From contig NC_068999.1 in assembly GCF_001194135.2 (NCBI RefSeq), positions 52,047,590-52,111,229 of the forward strand: a stretch of DNA of 63,640 nt, in the 5' to 3' direction. This DNA comes from Octopus bimaculoides (lineage: Eukaryota). The notes beneath the pieces were generated by a model. The model searched no databases. It saw only the letters and a list, made by a program, of their open reading frames with translations, and was not told where the DNA came from. Every line of letters starts with the position of its first letter. The stretch's first letter is position 1. Made by a program: the position numbers and the translations under genes. Positions 1 through 10,090 of the stretch are shown here, piece by piece.

Positions 1-42
<42 letters not shown>

Positions 43-52
43 TATGTATGTA

Positions 53-82
<30 letters not shown>
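1..82. repeat. (TA)n microsatellite; others include (TA)n 15575-15612, 25021-25087, 40520-40589, 47505-47542; (ATT)n 39726-39785; (CA)n 48924-48968; (CT)n 26690-26725; (GA)n 63437-63474
   Basis: Directly visible. Confidence 0.95.
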
Positions 83-83
<1 letters not shown>

Positions 84-149
84 TTCAGACTTCAGACTTT
101 GCTTTCATAGATGTCTTCAATTACATTAATGGCTATGATATTTTGAAAT

Positions 150-231
150 CATCATCATCGTCGTCGTTTAACGTCTGCTTTCCATGCTGGCATGGGCTGG
201 ACAGTTTGACTGAGGGCTGGTCAGTAGCCTC
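150..231 (-). mobile_element. RTE-type 3' tail fragment inserted upstream of serpin 1
   Basis: catcatcatcgtcgtcgtttaacgtctgctttccatgctggcatggg is the reverse complement of the tail at 55810-55865. Absent in copy 2; flanked by aaat...aaat. Confidence 0.75.
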
Positions 232-304
232 AAATGTTTGCAAGAATTTATTTTGTATATTTTCTCTTCATATTCTCTATTCTCCAGACACTATCGCATA
301 CAAT

Positions 305-1459
305 ATGGACTCTGCAAAGAAACAAGACATCAGTAATCTTGCTGCTTCAGTTGATTATTTTACAAACAGTCTTTATCAAGCTGTGGCTACAGGAACCAAC
401 GAAAATGTCTTCATGTCACCATTCAGTGTTGCTACTGTTTTATCGATGGTTTATTTGGGAGCAAGACAAAACTCTGCCAAACAGTTTGAAAATGTTTTGA
501 AGATAACTTCTAATCCAGATTCTGTAGCTTTGGCTTTCAAAGAATATTTTTCCCTTTTGAAAAACTCAGATAAACTTGTCACATTCAATTCAGTGAATCG
601 TTTGTGTGCCAGTGAAAAATTCCCTATTTCAGAAGACTACAAGAACAATATTTCAAACTATTTCTTTTCTGATATTGAAAATGTAGACTTTATAACAAAT
701 GCTGAAAAAACAAGAATAGCTATTAATGATTGGGTTAAGAATAACACAAATAACAAAATTACTGATCTGTTACCAAGTGGAAGTTTGACACCTCAGTCGG
801 TTCTAGTTCTTATTAATGCTGTGTACTTTAAAGGAATGTGGGCTGAAAAATTCCCAGAACATGCAACATCATCTAGAAAGTTTTATTTAAGTTCTGACAA
901 GACTGTTTCTCATGATTTTATGTTTAAGTCTGAAGATTTTAATACAAAAATAAGTGACAACTATAAAGTAGTTGAATTACCTTATATAGGAAAAGCTTTT
1001 AGTATGTTTGTAATTCTTCCCAATGAAATCAATGGTCTTGCTGCTTTAGAGAAGGAGATTAATGCTGAATTTCTCAAAGACATTGTAGATAGAAAAGGAT
1101 TTGAAATGACACATCTAGAATTATATATGCCAAAATTTCATTTAGAGAGTAGTTTTAAGTTGGGTGATGTTTTGAAAAAGCTTGGACTCTCTGATATTTT
1201 TAATCCACAAAAAGCTGACTTATCTGGAATGACCGGTGGTGAAAAGAATATTTATGCCAGTGAAATGTTTCATAAAGCATTTGTTGATGTTAATGAAGAA
1301 GGAACAGAAGCTGCTGCTGCTACTGGAATGGTGGTCACGAATTATATGTTGAGAATTGGGATGCAATTTGATGTCAATCACCCATTCACATTTTTAATTG
1401 TTGATAACCGAAGTAAAATGATCCATTTTATTGGTAAAGTAACAAACCCCACAATATAG
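305..1459 (+). CDS. Serpin copy 1, leukocyte elastase inhibitor/SERPINB1-like, 384 aa, single coding exon; predicted P1-P1' Tyr-Met
   Basis: Serpin motifs NVFMSPFS, VLINAVYFKGMW, VVELPY, MPKF, hinge EEGTEAAAAT, FDVNHPF..HFIGKVTNP. Start placed at the ATG at 305; the ORF-track extension from 44 runs through (TA)n and a retroposon fragment. Confidence 0.93.
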   Translation: MDSAKKQDISNLAASVDYFTNSLYQAVATGTNENVFMSPFSVATVLSMVYLGARQNSAKQFENVLKITSNPDSVALAFKEYFSLLKNSDKLVTFNSVNRLCASEKFPISEDYKNNISNYFFSDIENVDFITNAEKTRIAINDWVKNNTNNKITDLLPSGSLTPQSVLVLINAVYFKGMWAEKFPEHATSSRKFYLSSDKTVSHDFMFKSEDFNTKISDNYKVVELPYIGKAFSMFVILPNEINGLAALEKEINAEFLKDIVDRKGFEMTHLELYMPKFHLESSFKLGDVLKKLGLSDIFNPQKADLSGMTGGEKNIYASEMFHKAFVDVNEEGTEAAAATGMVVTNYMLRIGMQFDVNHPFTFLIVDNRSKMIHFIGKVTNPTI

Positions 1460-1622
1460 ATGATATTGTCCTGTCAGAGATTTTTCTCTTATGGAATACT
1501 ACATTGTATTATGTAGACAATGTAACTGAGCAAATTTATTTAGAATATTTTTCAGTAGCATAACTTAAGTCATTATAGTAGTAATCGTGCAGGACCATGG
1601 TCATATCTATGCAATGAAATAT

Positions 1623-1764
1623 TATAAGACAGTTTTAATTTAGTTCTATATTTAAGAGATGCGGAATTATGTACATTATCTACAGTTGACGGATATAAGA
1701 CAGTTTTAATTTAGTTCTATATTTAAGAGATGCGGAATTATGTACATTATCTACAGTTGAAGGA
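1623..1764. repeat. Tandem duplication, 71-bp unit x2
   Basis: tataagacagttttaatttagttct...ctacagttga starts at 1623 and again at 1694. Confidence 0.9.
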
Positions 1765-1787
1765 TATTTGTCATCTTGTTTGTCGTT

Positions 1788-1833
1788 AACACAACGTTTC
1801 AGCTGATATACCCTCCAGCCTTCATCAGGTGTC
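1788..1833 (-). ncRNA. Minimal type-I hammerhead ribozyme motif, near-intact
   Basis: gacac CTGATGA a ggctg-N10-cagct GAAAC GTT gtgtt; AACGTT palindrome suits a dimeric stem III. Confidence 0.65.
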
Positions 1834-1886
1834 TTGGGGAAATTTCGAACCTGGGTTCTCATTCCTAAGGTTTGAAATTTTCCCAA

Positions 1887-1932
1887 GACACCTGATGAAG
1901 GCTGGAGGGTATATCAGCCGAAACATTGTGCT
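1887..1932 (+). ncRNA. Minimal type-I hammerhead ribozyme motif, degenerate
   Basis: gacac CTGATGA a ggctg-N10-cagcc GAAAC ATT gtgct; the cleavage triplet G appears changed to A. Confidence 0.6.
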
Positions 1933-2128
1933 AACAACAAACAAGATGAGGACAAATATCTGTCAATTGTAAATAACGTTAATAGGTTTTAATTTAAATC
2001 AACATTATTAACTTGTGTGTGCTATACATTTATGGAAAAATATTACACTCTGGAAAGTATCTTTTCTTAGCAAGTTTATTATTTTAACAATATACTTATT
2101 GTTGCCTGTAAATGTTATTTACTTGTTA

Positions 2129-2179
2129 AATAAAGTGAAATCAAGGCTTGTAAGTTTTATTTCTGTTTTTATTAATAAA
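2129..2179 (+). terminator. Two AATAAA poly(A) signals of serpin 1 (2129, 2174)
   Basis: Both hexamers are conserved at homologous positions in copy 2 (7286, 7321) and copy 3 (minus strand, 10394-10399 and 10348-10353). Confidence 0.6.
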
Positions 2180-3641
2180 GTATCTCAGTAAATATTTAAT
2201 CATTATGTATGTGTTAATTGCATCTGGCTTTTATTTTCTTTCAAACATAGACATTTGAAATTCTTGAGCCCTCATATTAACCTCAGGGATTTTAGTCTTG
2301 GATCTTGATAGAAGAATTCCATTGATTCTGTAATTTTGATGTTACAAAACTTTTGAAAAGTTAACAGCTAACACGCTATATACATATGCATAAATACATA
2401 CCATGCATGTGTGGTTATGTTACTAACTATCTAATTAATAATTATTTCAAATTTTTGCTACAAGGGCAGTTTGAAGAGTCGGGATCAAGTCAATTACACT
2501 GACCCCAGTGTTCAACTGGTACTTATTTTATTGACCCCGAAAGAACGAAAGCAAAGTCGACCGCAGTGGAATTAGAAAACATTTCCCTTGGCATGTTAAT
2601 GATTCTGCTAGTTCATCACCTTAACTGTCTAATTAATAATGTAGTAAAGTTGGCATTCTCAAAATAACACAAAGAATGACTAATGTATATTCTGGAGTGT
2701 TCTATCTATAAGTGGAACAAGAATCAGTGAAGAAATTCTTATGTACCTTTTTACTTTTGTTAGTGTTACTAAGATTCCAATGATGGGCTTCATTTATTAT
2801 TTACAAACCAACATTTCTAAATACAAAAATAATTTGAAAGAATTAAGCAAGATACAAAGAAACGTCTATACATATCCATTTGTCTATTATACATAATGTA
2901 AATACATTGCAAAAGGCCAGTTTACTACAATATTCATGCAGAGATAATATCTCACATGGACATGCTGTGTTTAAAAAGGCAATTTATATCAGGCATATGA
3001 AGATTGTCCTTTTCATAGCACAAGTCCTGTACTTTTCGAACAGAGATTTTAATTGTGTTCATTAATTATTTACTTATTTCATGGATTTATTGCTCCATAT
3101 TATAAAAGTAATTCAGTCGAGTATTAGTTAATGATTTTCCTTGGTAGTTGAGAAAACTATCTTTATTATTATTATTATTATTTCTGGCTCATCACTCATA
3201 AAAAGAAGTTAAACAAAATAAAGGTTGGGCAACTGAAAGTGGCACATTATACGCCGAGATCGTTAATTAGTTTACTGTACACTTTCTGGAGTCAACTGAT
3301 GAACCCTCTACGTGGTCGCTGGCAGAACCCCTTTTCTACTTTATGCTGCAGTTAACTTCTTTTTTGTGCTACAGAAATTTCAGAAAAAAAAAGTTTCTAC
3401 CATTTTCACTATCAACAAGGGACATAACTCTCGACATACTAATTACTTCACATTCATTGCCACAACGGTCGAACTTTCCTCACAAAGTCTCTTCATAATC
3501 GACAATATTCCATAGTTTTGTCATGCATTATTTGAAAAACAAATCACGGCAAAACTTCATCATGTAGCAGATTAGATTGTTTTTTTCACTTCGTCTTTTT
3601 AGATAAAATAAGACAAGTTATTCAAAAGAATGTTTAGTTAA

Positions 3642-4485
3642 TGTTTATATAAACGTTAACCTGTAAACGACCGTGCGACGGAGAGGTGACGAGAATGGCT
3701 CCTTTAATACATCGCACGGTCGATACAATAAAATATAAGAAAGGATAAATGAGTATAAGTGCCAGAAGGAAAAGAGAGAGACACAACCGGGTTAGAATGT
3801 TTAAGAGAAGATTTTATCTATATGTTAACGTGTGTGCGTTATGTATACATAAGAATAGATAGGCCGTCATGTATACATAATGTGTATGTGTGTGCATTAA
3901 GTACAGACCATCGAAAGAGTCTATAATGTGACGTTAGAAGAATGTTCAGACACAAGAATGATAAATACCAGTCCGTAGTTAATGTACACGATAGTTGAAA
4001 TGCTGTATCAAGAAGTTGTAGCTGTAATGCAGAGCCGGTTGAGGTACTGTGGTATAAGAAGTTGTGGGTACAATGCAGAGCCGGTTGCAGGTCGTATTTG
4101 CTGTTAACCATGGTGAAGTAATACACAAACAGCGTGGAGATAGAACCTGTGCAAGTGTTGCTGGTTGGTGTGTATGTAGAGAGATGGTGTTTATGTTAGG
4201 ACGAATGCTGCGTGGATGAAGTGTTGATGAGCCTCCATGTGGCTGCTGTTGAGTCATCGCTGGAACTGGCTGTGTGGTTAGTGGCTAGCCCTGTCGGCTC
4301 ACCGGAAGTTTAGAAGAGACTGTCTCACGTGACCTTATCTGAAGGCTGTGATTGGTTGGGTTGCATCTTGGCGCACAATAGAGCAAGAGACAAATTGCGC
4401 CAATACCAGCCAACCAGAGTAGTGGACACAACAGGTTCCAAAAGGGCGGCTGTTATCTACTACGTCCGTATTTATGTATATAACA
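3642..4485 (-). mobile_element. Probable solo LTR
   Basis: TG..CA ends with imperfect inverted termini (tgttatata / tatataaaca), CpG-rich. On the minus strand: CCAAT, CACGTG and CCGGAAG motifs, then ATTAAA near the 3' end inside an 11-bp hairpin (3668-3678/3712-3722). No TSD found. Confidence 0.5.
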
Positions 4486-5815
4486 GAGAGAGAGGAATTT
4501 CCCTAAAGTCGTATGCTACAAACCGAATGTTTTTGTATAAAGTAAAATAATGGAAATTATTTATTATTAACGTGTTCATTTTCGACCCCGAAAGGGTAAA
4601 AGGCAAAGTCGACCTCGGCGGAATTCGAACTCAGAACATAACAGCAGACGAAATACCACTAAGCATTTCATCTGTCATGCTTACGATTCTACCAATTCGC
4701 CGCCTTATGGGGAGGAAAATTTTGAAAGACAGCAATACATGCGAGAGTGAGAAAGAAACGAGGAGCGTTGCCTTGGGATGTGCTCGAAACGACAGCCAAA
4801 TCTCCTTTAAATCACAAGTTTTCCTCTGAAAATATTTACAATTTTATTTTATTTTATTTTTTTACACAAAAGGCTCCTCTCATATTTTTGAAGTGCAAAA
4901 AATTGGCCAAAATCGGTCTGGGTGGGTGGGTAAGAAAAATGAACTTATGTGGTCTTCCCAATCCGAAACTGTGTTTTCTCAATACTCCCCTCCCCACTCC
5001 CCGGAAAAAATTTTCCTCATAAATTTCTTTATAATCGTACTCAATGCCATTTGAAAGGTGTTTATATAAAATTTCATTAAAAGGGAAAAAATCGAATTGT
5101 GTGAATTTTGCGGAAGTCCTCTCTCCACCCCTTGGTTCGTTTGCACAATTTTTGATTTTCAGATTCATTTACTACTCATTGTTTTACAAATATTACACTT
5201 TTTTTTTTGTTTTGTTTTGATATGGCGGCAAAGTGTTAAACTAAAGATTAACCATTGAGTCTAAGTTTACGGGATCCGGTCTGGTTTGGTATTACACTAA
5301 TTAGTTCAACATCACCTCCAGGCACATGGAGGCCTTTTTAGAAAATGTCATTTTGTTGCAAGTATTTGGCCAGGCTCTCAGCAGATGGAGTATGTCATTG
5401 TACCTGATACAGTATCTTACCATAGATGCAAAATACTAAAACTAAACCCGCTCCATTCAAATTTGTCTCTGAAATGTAAACATGGATAAGTTGCAACATC
5501 ATTTTATAAATGAAACTTTTAAGATATGTGCCAAATATCAGATAAATAATGGGGGGAAAATGGTTATATTAATTAATCTTACAAATTCTTAATTATTTTT
5601 AAAAACTGTTTAAAACACAACTGTGTGTTATGTTAAGAAATATGTTCATGTAAAAGTTAGAATTAGAGTTTGATCAGAAGAGATTTCAGACTTTGCTTTC
5701 ATAGATGTCTTCAATTACATTAATATCTAATAAAATATTTTGAAATGTTTGCAAGAATTTATTTTGTATATTTTCTCTTCATATTCTCTATTCTCCAGAC
5801 ACTATCGCATACAAT

Positions 5816-6970
5816 ATGGACTCAGCAAAGAAACAAGACATCAGTAATCTTGCTGCTTCAGTTGATTATTTTACAAACAGTCTTTATCAATCTGTGGCTA
5901 CAGGAACCAACGAAAATGTCTTCATGTCACCATTCAGTGTTGCTACTGTTTTATCGATGGTTTATTTGGGAGCAAGACAAAACTCTGCCAAACAGTTTGA
6001 AAATGTTTTGAAGATAACTTCTAATCCAGATTCTGTAGCTTTGGCTTTTAAAGAATATTTTTCCCTTTTGAAAAACTCAGATAAACTTGTCACATTCAAT
6101 TCAGTGAATCGTTTGTATGCCAGTGAAAAATTCCCTATTTCAGAAGACTACAAGAACAATATTTCAAACTATTTCTTCTCTGATATTGAAAATGTAGACT
6201 TTATAACAAATGCGGAAAAAACAAGAATAGCTATTAATGATTGGGTTAAGAATAACACGAATAACAAAATTACTGATCTGTTACCAAGTGGAAGTTTGAC
6301 ACCTCAGTCGGTTCTAGTTCTTATTAATGCTGTGTACTTTAAAGGAATGTGGGCTGAAAAATTCTCAGAACATGCAACATCATCTAGAAAGTTTTATTTA
6401 AGTTCTGACAAGACTGTTTCTCATGATTTTATGTTTAAGTCTGAAGATTTTCATATAAAAATAAGCGAAAACTATAAAGTTGTTGAGTTGCCTTATATAG
6501 GAAAAGCTTTTAGTATGTTTGTAATTCTTCCCAATGAAATCAATGGTCTTGCTGCTTTAGAGAAGGAGATTAATGCTGAATTTCTCAAAGACATTGTAGA
6601 CGGAAAAGGATTCAAACTGAGGCGTCTACAATTAAACATGCCAAAATTTCGTTTAGAGAGTAGTTTTAAGTTGGGTGATGTTTTGAAAAAGCTTGGACTC
6701 CCTGATATTTTTGATCCACAAAAAGCTGACTTATCTGGAATGACCGGTGGTGAAAAGAATATTTGTGCCAGTGAAATGTTTCATAAAGCATTCGTTGATG
6801 TTAATGAAGAAGGAACAGAAGCTGCAGCTGCAACTGAGATCCACTTAGTGCTTTGTTCAGCAAAAATTGGTATGGATTTTGATGTCAATCACCCATTCTC
6901 ATTTTTAATTGTTGATAACCGAACTAAAATGATTCATTTCATTGGTAAAGTAACAAACCCTACAATATAG
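5816..6970 (+). CDS. Serpin copy 2, SERPINB1-like, 384 aa; predicted P1-P1' Cys-Ser
   Basis: Same motifs and length as copy 1 (offset 5511). Loop reads EEGTEAAAATEIHLVLC|SAKIG. Confidence 0.95.
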   Translation: MDSAKKQDISNLAASVDYFTNSLYQSVATGTNENVFMSPFSVATVLSMVYLGARQNSAKQFENVLKITSNPDSVALAFKEYFSLLKNSDKLVTFNSVNRLYASEKFPISEDYKNNISNYFFSDIENVDFITNAEKTRIAINDWVKNNTNNKITDLLPSGSLTPQSVLVLINAVYFKGMWAEKFSEHATSSRKFYLSSDKTVSHDFMFKSEDFHIKISENYKVVELPYIGKAFSMFVILPNEINGLAALEKEINAEFLKDIVDGKGFKLRRLQLNMPKFRLESSFKLGDVLKKLGLPDIFDPQKADLSGMTGGEKNICASEMFHKAFVDVNEEGTEAAAATEIHLVLCSAKIGMDFDVNHPFSFLIVDNRTKMIHFIGKVTNPTI

Positions 6971-7704
6971 ATGATATTACCCTGTCAATGATTTTCCTCT
7001 TATGGAATACTACATTGTATTATGTTGACAATGTAACTAAGCAAATTTATTTAGAATCTTTTTTAGCAGAATGACTTAAGCCATTACAGTTGTAATTGTA
7101 CAGGACCATGGTCATATCTATTCAATGAAATATTATAAGACCACTTTAATCTAAATCAATATTATTAACTTGTATTTGCTATACATTTACAGAAAAATAT
7201 TACACTTTTTAAAGTATCTTTTCTTAGCAACTTTATTATTTTAACAATATACTTATTGTTGCCTGTAAACATTATTTACTGGTTAAATAAAGTGAAATCA
7301 ATATTTGTATGTTTCATATTAATAAAGTATCTCAGTAAATATTCCATTATCATGCATGTGTTAACTGCATCTGGTTTTTATATTCTTTGTTTTAAATATA
7401 GACATTCGAAATTCTTGAGCATTCATGTTAACCCCTGGTAATTTTGTCTTGGTTTTTGATAAAATAATTACACTGATTCAATAATTGTGGCATTACAAAA
7501 CTTTTGAAAAGTTAACAACCAATGTACCATATACATATACATTCTCAAGGTAGCAAAGAGTATATATAATATCTATTCTAGGATGTTCTATCAATAAGTG
7601 GAACAAGAATCAGTGAAGAAATTCTCATGTACCTTTTTATTTTTGTTGCTGTTACTGAAATTCCAAAGTGTGTAGATTGTGATAATCTAAAAAAAAAAAA
7701 AAAA

Positions 7705-7982
7705 GGTCAAGTTTCAAATAAGCAGAATCTCCTTGACTGTGTTGAAGAAGATGAAAACTTTTGAAAACTGATATAAGAGGTGATAAATCACAGATCTATG
7801 GCTATGACTCCAAAAACAAGTCAAAAATCAAATTCCACTTGAACAAGATTTCAAGACATCATGAAAATCCAAGGAAACTGCTCACTGTCCCCAAAAAGAA
7901 GTTCCAAGAATACTTCCATCAATGGAAATGGCACAGGATAAAGTGTGTGGCTTTAGAATGGGACTACTTTGAAGAGGATTAA
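7705..7982 (+). mobile_element. Internally deleted mariner transposase relic
   Basis: IRGDKSQIYGYD resembles the first catalytic-D motif TGDESWIYGYD; FQEYFHQWKWHRIKCVALEWDYFEED* is a mariner-type C-terminus. Confidence 0.7.
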
Positions 7983-9769
7983 ATGCTGAATTGATATGTG
8001 TGTTGTAGTTTTCCTTTTATAGCACAAGTTCTGATACTTTTCAATCTGACCTCATAGATAAAGTGACATAATATACATATTAACAACTAAAATAAATTCA
8101 TAGAAAACATGGTTTGAGAATATATTTTCAACTTAGCACAAAAATGCTCTTTGCTGACAGGAAAGTTTAAATGGCATAGATATTATTGAAGAGAAAGAAG
8201 AAAGACTTTTATTTCTACATAAAAATAATGTTGAAATGGTTAATGGATGCCTTGTAAGTTAAAACAATATAAAGCAGTCATAAATTACTATAATCGGTCA
8301 ATCTAAGAATGAGTGAAAAAACAAGGAAGCATCAACCAATATATTCAGTTAGAGTTATATGTATTTAATAACACTTTGACTGAATTCCACATTACTTAAA
8401 ATTTTAGGAATGGAGAACAGTTTCACATCATCAGATATTCGAGGAGAAAGTGAAGACAATTTAAAATAAATTTGAAATGGCATGAGGTCTGATGCATTTA
8501 AGCCACCAATGGTCACTTTTTGCTCTCATAGCAACATCAGTTCATTTATAGGAAGCAAACATAATGTTGGTGTTATATAGAGGATATTCTGCAGGGTGTG
8601 ATATTTCAGCAATATCTGATTCTTATATTAGATGCTACATGTGATAAAGCAGATAAGATGTTGGTGTTACTTGGCCAGCATTTAGCAGGATGTTGTATTT
8701 CAATGACAGCAGTTGCCATGTAAGGAGTTAACTGACAGACAGCATGGTGTCAGGTTACACATGAATTTGCCTAGGGTTGCATACCAGTAGCCAATGGTTT
8801 GGAGATTATTAACAGGGTGTGCCTTTGTTAGCAACAATAAAAGAGCTCAGTTTTCCTATAGTTGGATATTGCAGATTAAAGGAATATGTGCAGTTTCTTA
8901 GGGACATTGCTCCAGAGTATGGAGGAATCCTTTAAGGATGCTCTATGCATTTATAATGGGACTAGAAGGTTTGTGATACCTGTGGAATATCACCTTCTCC
9001 CATTACAATTATTTCTGTAGTCTTAGGATCTGGAACTCGAAAGAAGAAGCTTACAAGCGGGTGCAATTCAATAGTTGTTTATTGTAGTTCTTGTTCATGT
9101 GGCTCGCTCCCAGTGACCATCTGTATGGCAGCATGTGGTCCGTTATTGTTCTGCTCACGTGAGGTACATTAACTCTAGAGAAATCGGGTAAAGTAAGAGC
9201 AGGATAAGAATCCACTGTGAGCTGCCAGTTAGCAGTATTTCTCAGAGTAAGCGGGAAGGTGAGTTTTTAAAAAATGCATCCGATTTCACTCAAATGATCA
9301 TTAATTCTGGTACACTTTGTATTAACTTGTCCGACTAAACAGGGGAGGGAACTCAGGGTGGGACTAATTGCAGGTGGTGAGCGTGACTTCTGGAAGTGGT
9401 CACGTGGTCAAACTCAAAGGGTTGTGAGTCACAACAGCTGTTTGTGTTTTGGTATGAACATTATGCATTATATAGTTTAGGCATGGATGACATAGAAAGC
9501 AGACATGCTGCGTTGCGCTGGACTGGAAACGTGAAACATCAACAGGGCACTTCTGGAGAATGGATGAATGGGTTTGTTGTGCCTTTACCCAGCAGCACAC
9601 ACACGCATTTGGCCCAACATGAAACATCAACAGGGCGCCGACAAAATTGGGCAAAACATTATTCATGAAATATTATACGCTACTTATAATGCATAAGTAG
9701 TGTCAATGTTTTATCGTTGGAAAATGGTCTAAAACAAAGATAAAACCCAGTGCAGTATATTCAAATCTG

Positions 9770-10090
9770 ATCTGATAATTCTGCATTGAAGGGGGCGAGG
9801 CATAGACAGTGTCTGAAATTTTTTGTAGTCAACAGCAATTTGAGGTGCCTGATTAAAGTTTGTTGCAAATTTAGAGAAAAGCAAATGGATACTCCTCAAG
9901 TTACAGGCTTCAATGCTGCAAAAATGCTTTAAAAATGCGGTTTATCTGCCCCTCAGCCCGTGTTAGGCAAGAAGTCGAAAATGTTTTTGGCCCATGACAC
10001 TCCATGGACCCTATGCCACGCATGTGTAAAATTTCATTAAAATCGGTTGGGTGGATCTCAAGTTATAACGACATGACAGACACACAAACA
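9770..10090 (+). mobile_element. Possible non-autonomous Helentron/DINE-like 3' end
   Basis: aaatttcattaaaatcggttgggtgg..gacagacacacaaac..ttttatataaagat, a style typical of such elements (recollection only). Confidence 0.3.

Larger units (their letters stand above)
1643..1985. mobile_element. Penelope-like palindromic remnant carrying two hammerhead motifs, inserted in the serpin-1 3' flank
   Basis: Absent at the homologous site of copy 2. 11-bp direct repeat gttttaattta at 1632-1642 and 1986-1996. Inverted arms at about 1763-1852 and 1868-1960. Confidence 0.7.

Noticed and set aside
44-304. 87-aa N-terminal extension of serpin 1 in the ORF track
   Set aside because: Made of (TA)n and a retroposon insertion that is absent from copy 2.
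234-500. 88-aa ORF (and its twin at 5745-6011) as a separate membrane protein
   Set aside because: An out-of-frame overlap of the serpin; the hydrophobicity comes from a pyrimidine tract and AT-rich alternate frame.
305-1459. Bacterial horizontal origin of the intronless serpins
   Set aside because: Host-like AT content, conserved AATAAA signals, a splice-acceptor-like 5' flank and animal SERPINB-type motifs.
1623-1960. CRISPR-like repeats
   Set aside because: No repeat-spacer structure, no cas genes, eukaryotic context; explained by a tandem duplication plus an inverted repeat.
8500-9700. GC-richer block with an E-box and a GTGAGT donor between serpins 2 and 3
   Set aside because: Probably a decayed transposon or LTR; no termini, TSD or protein motif could be established.
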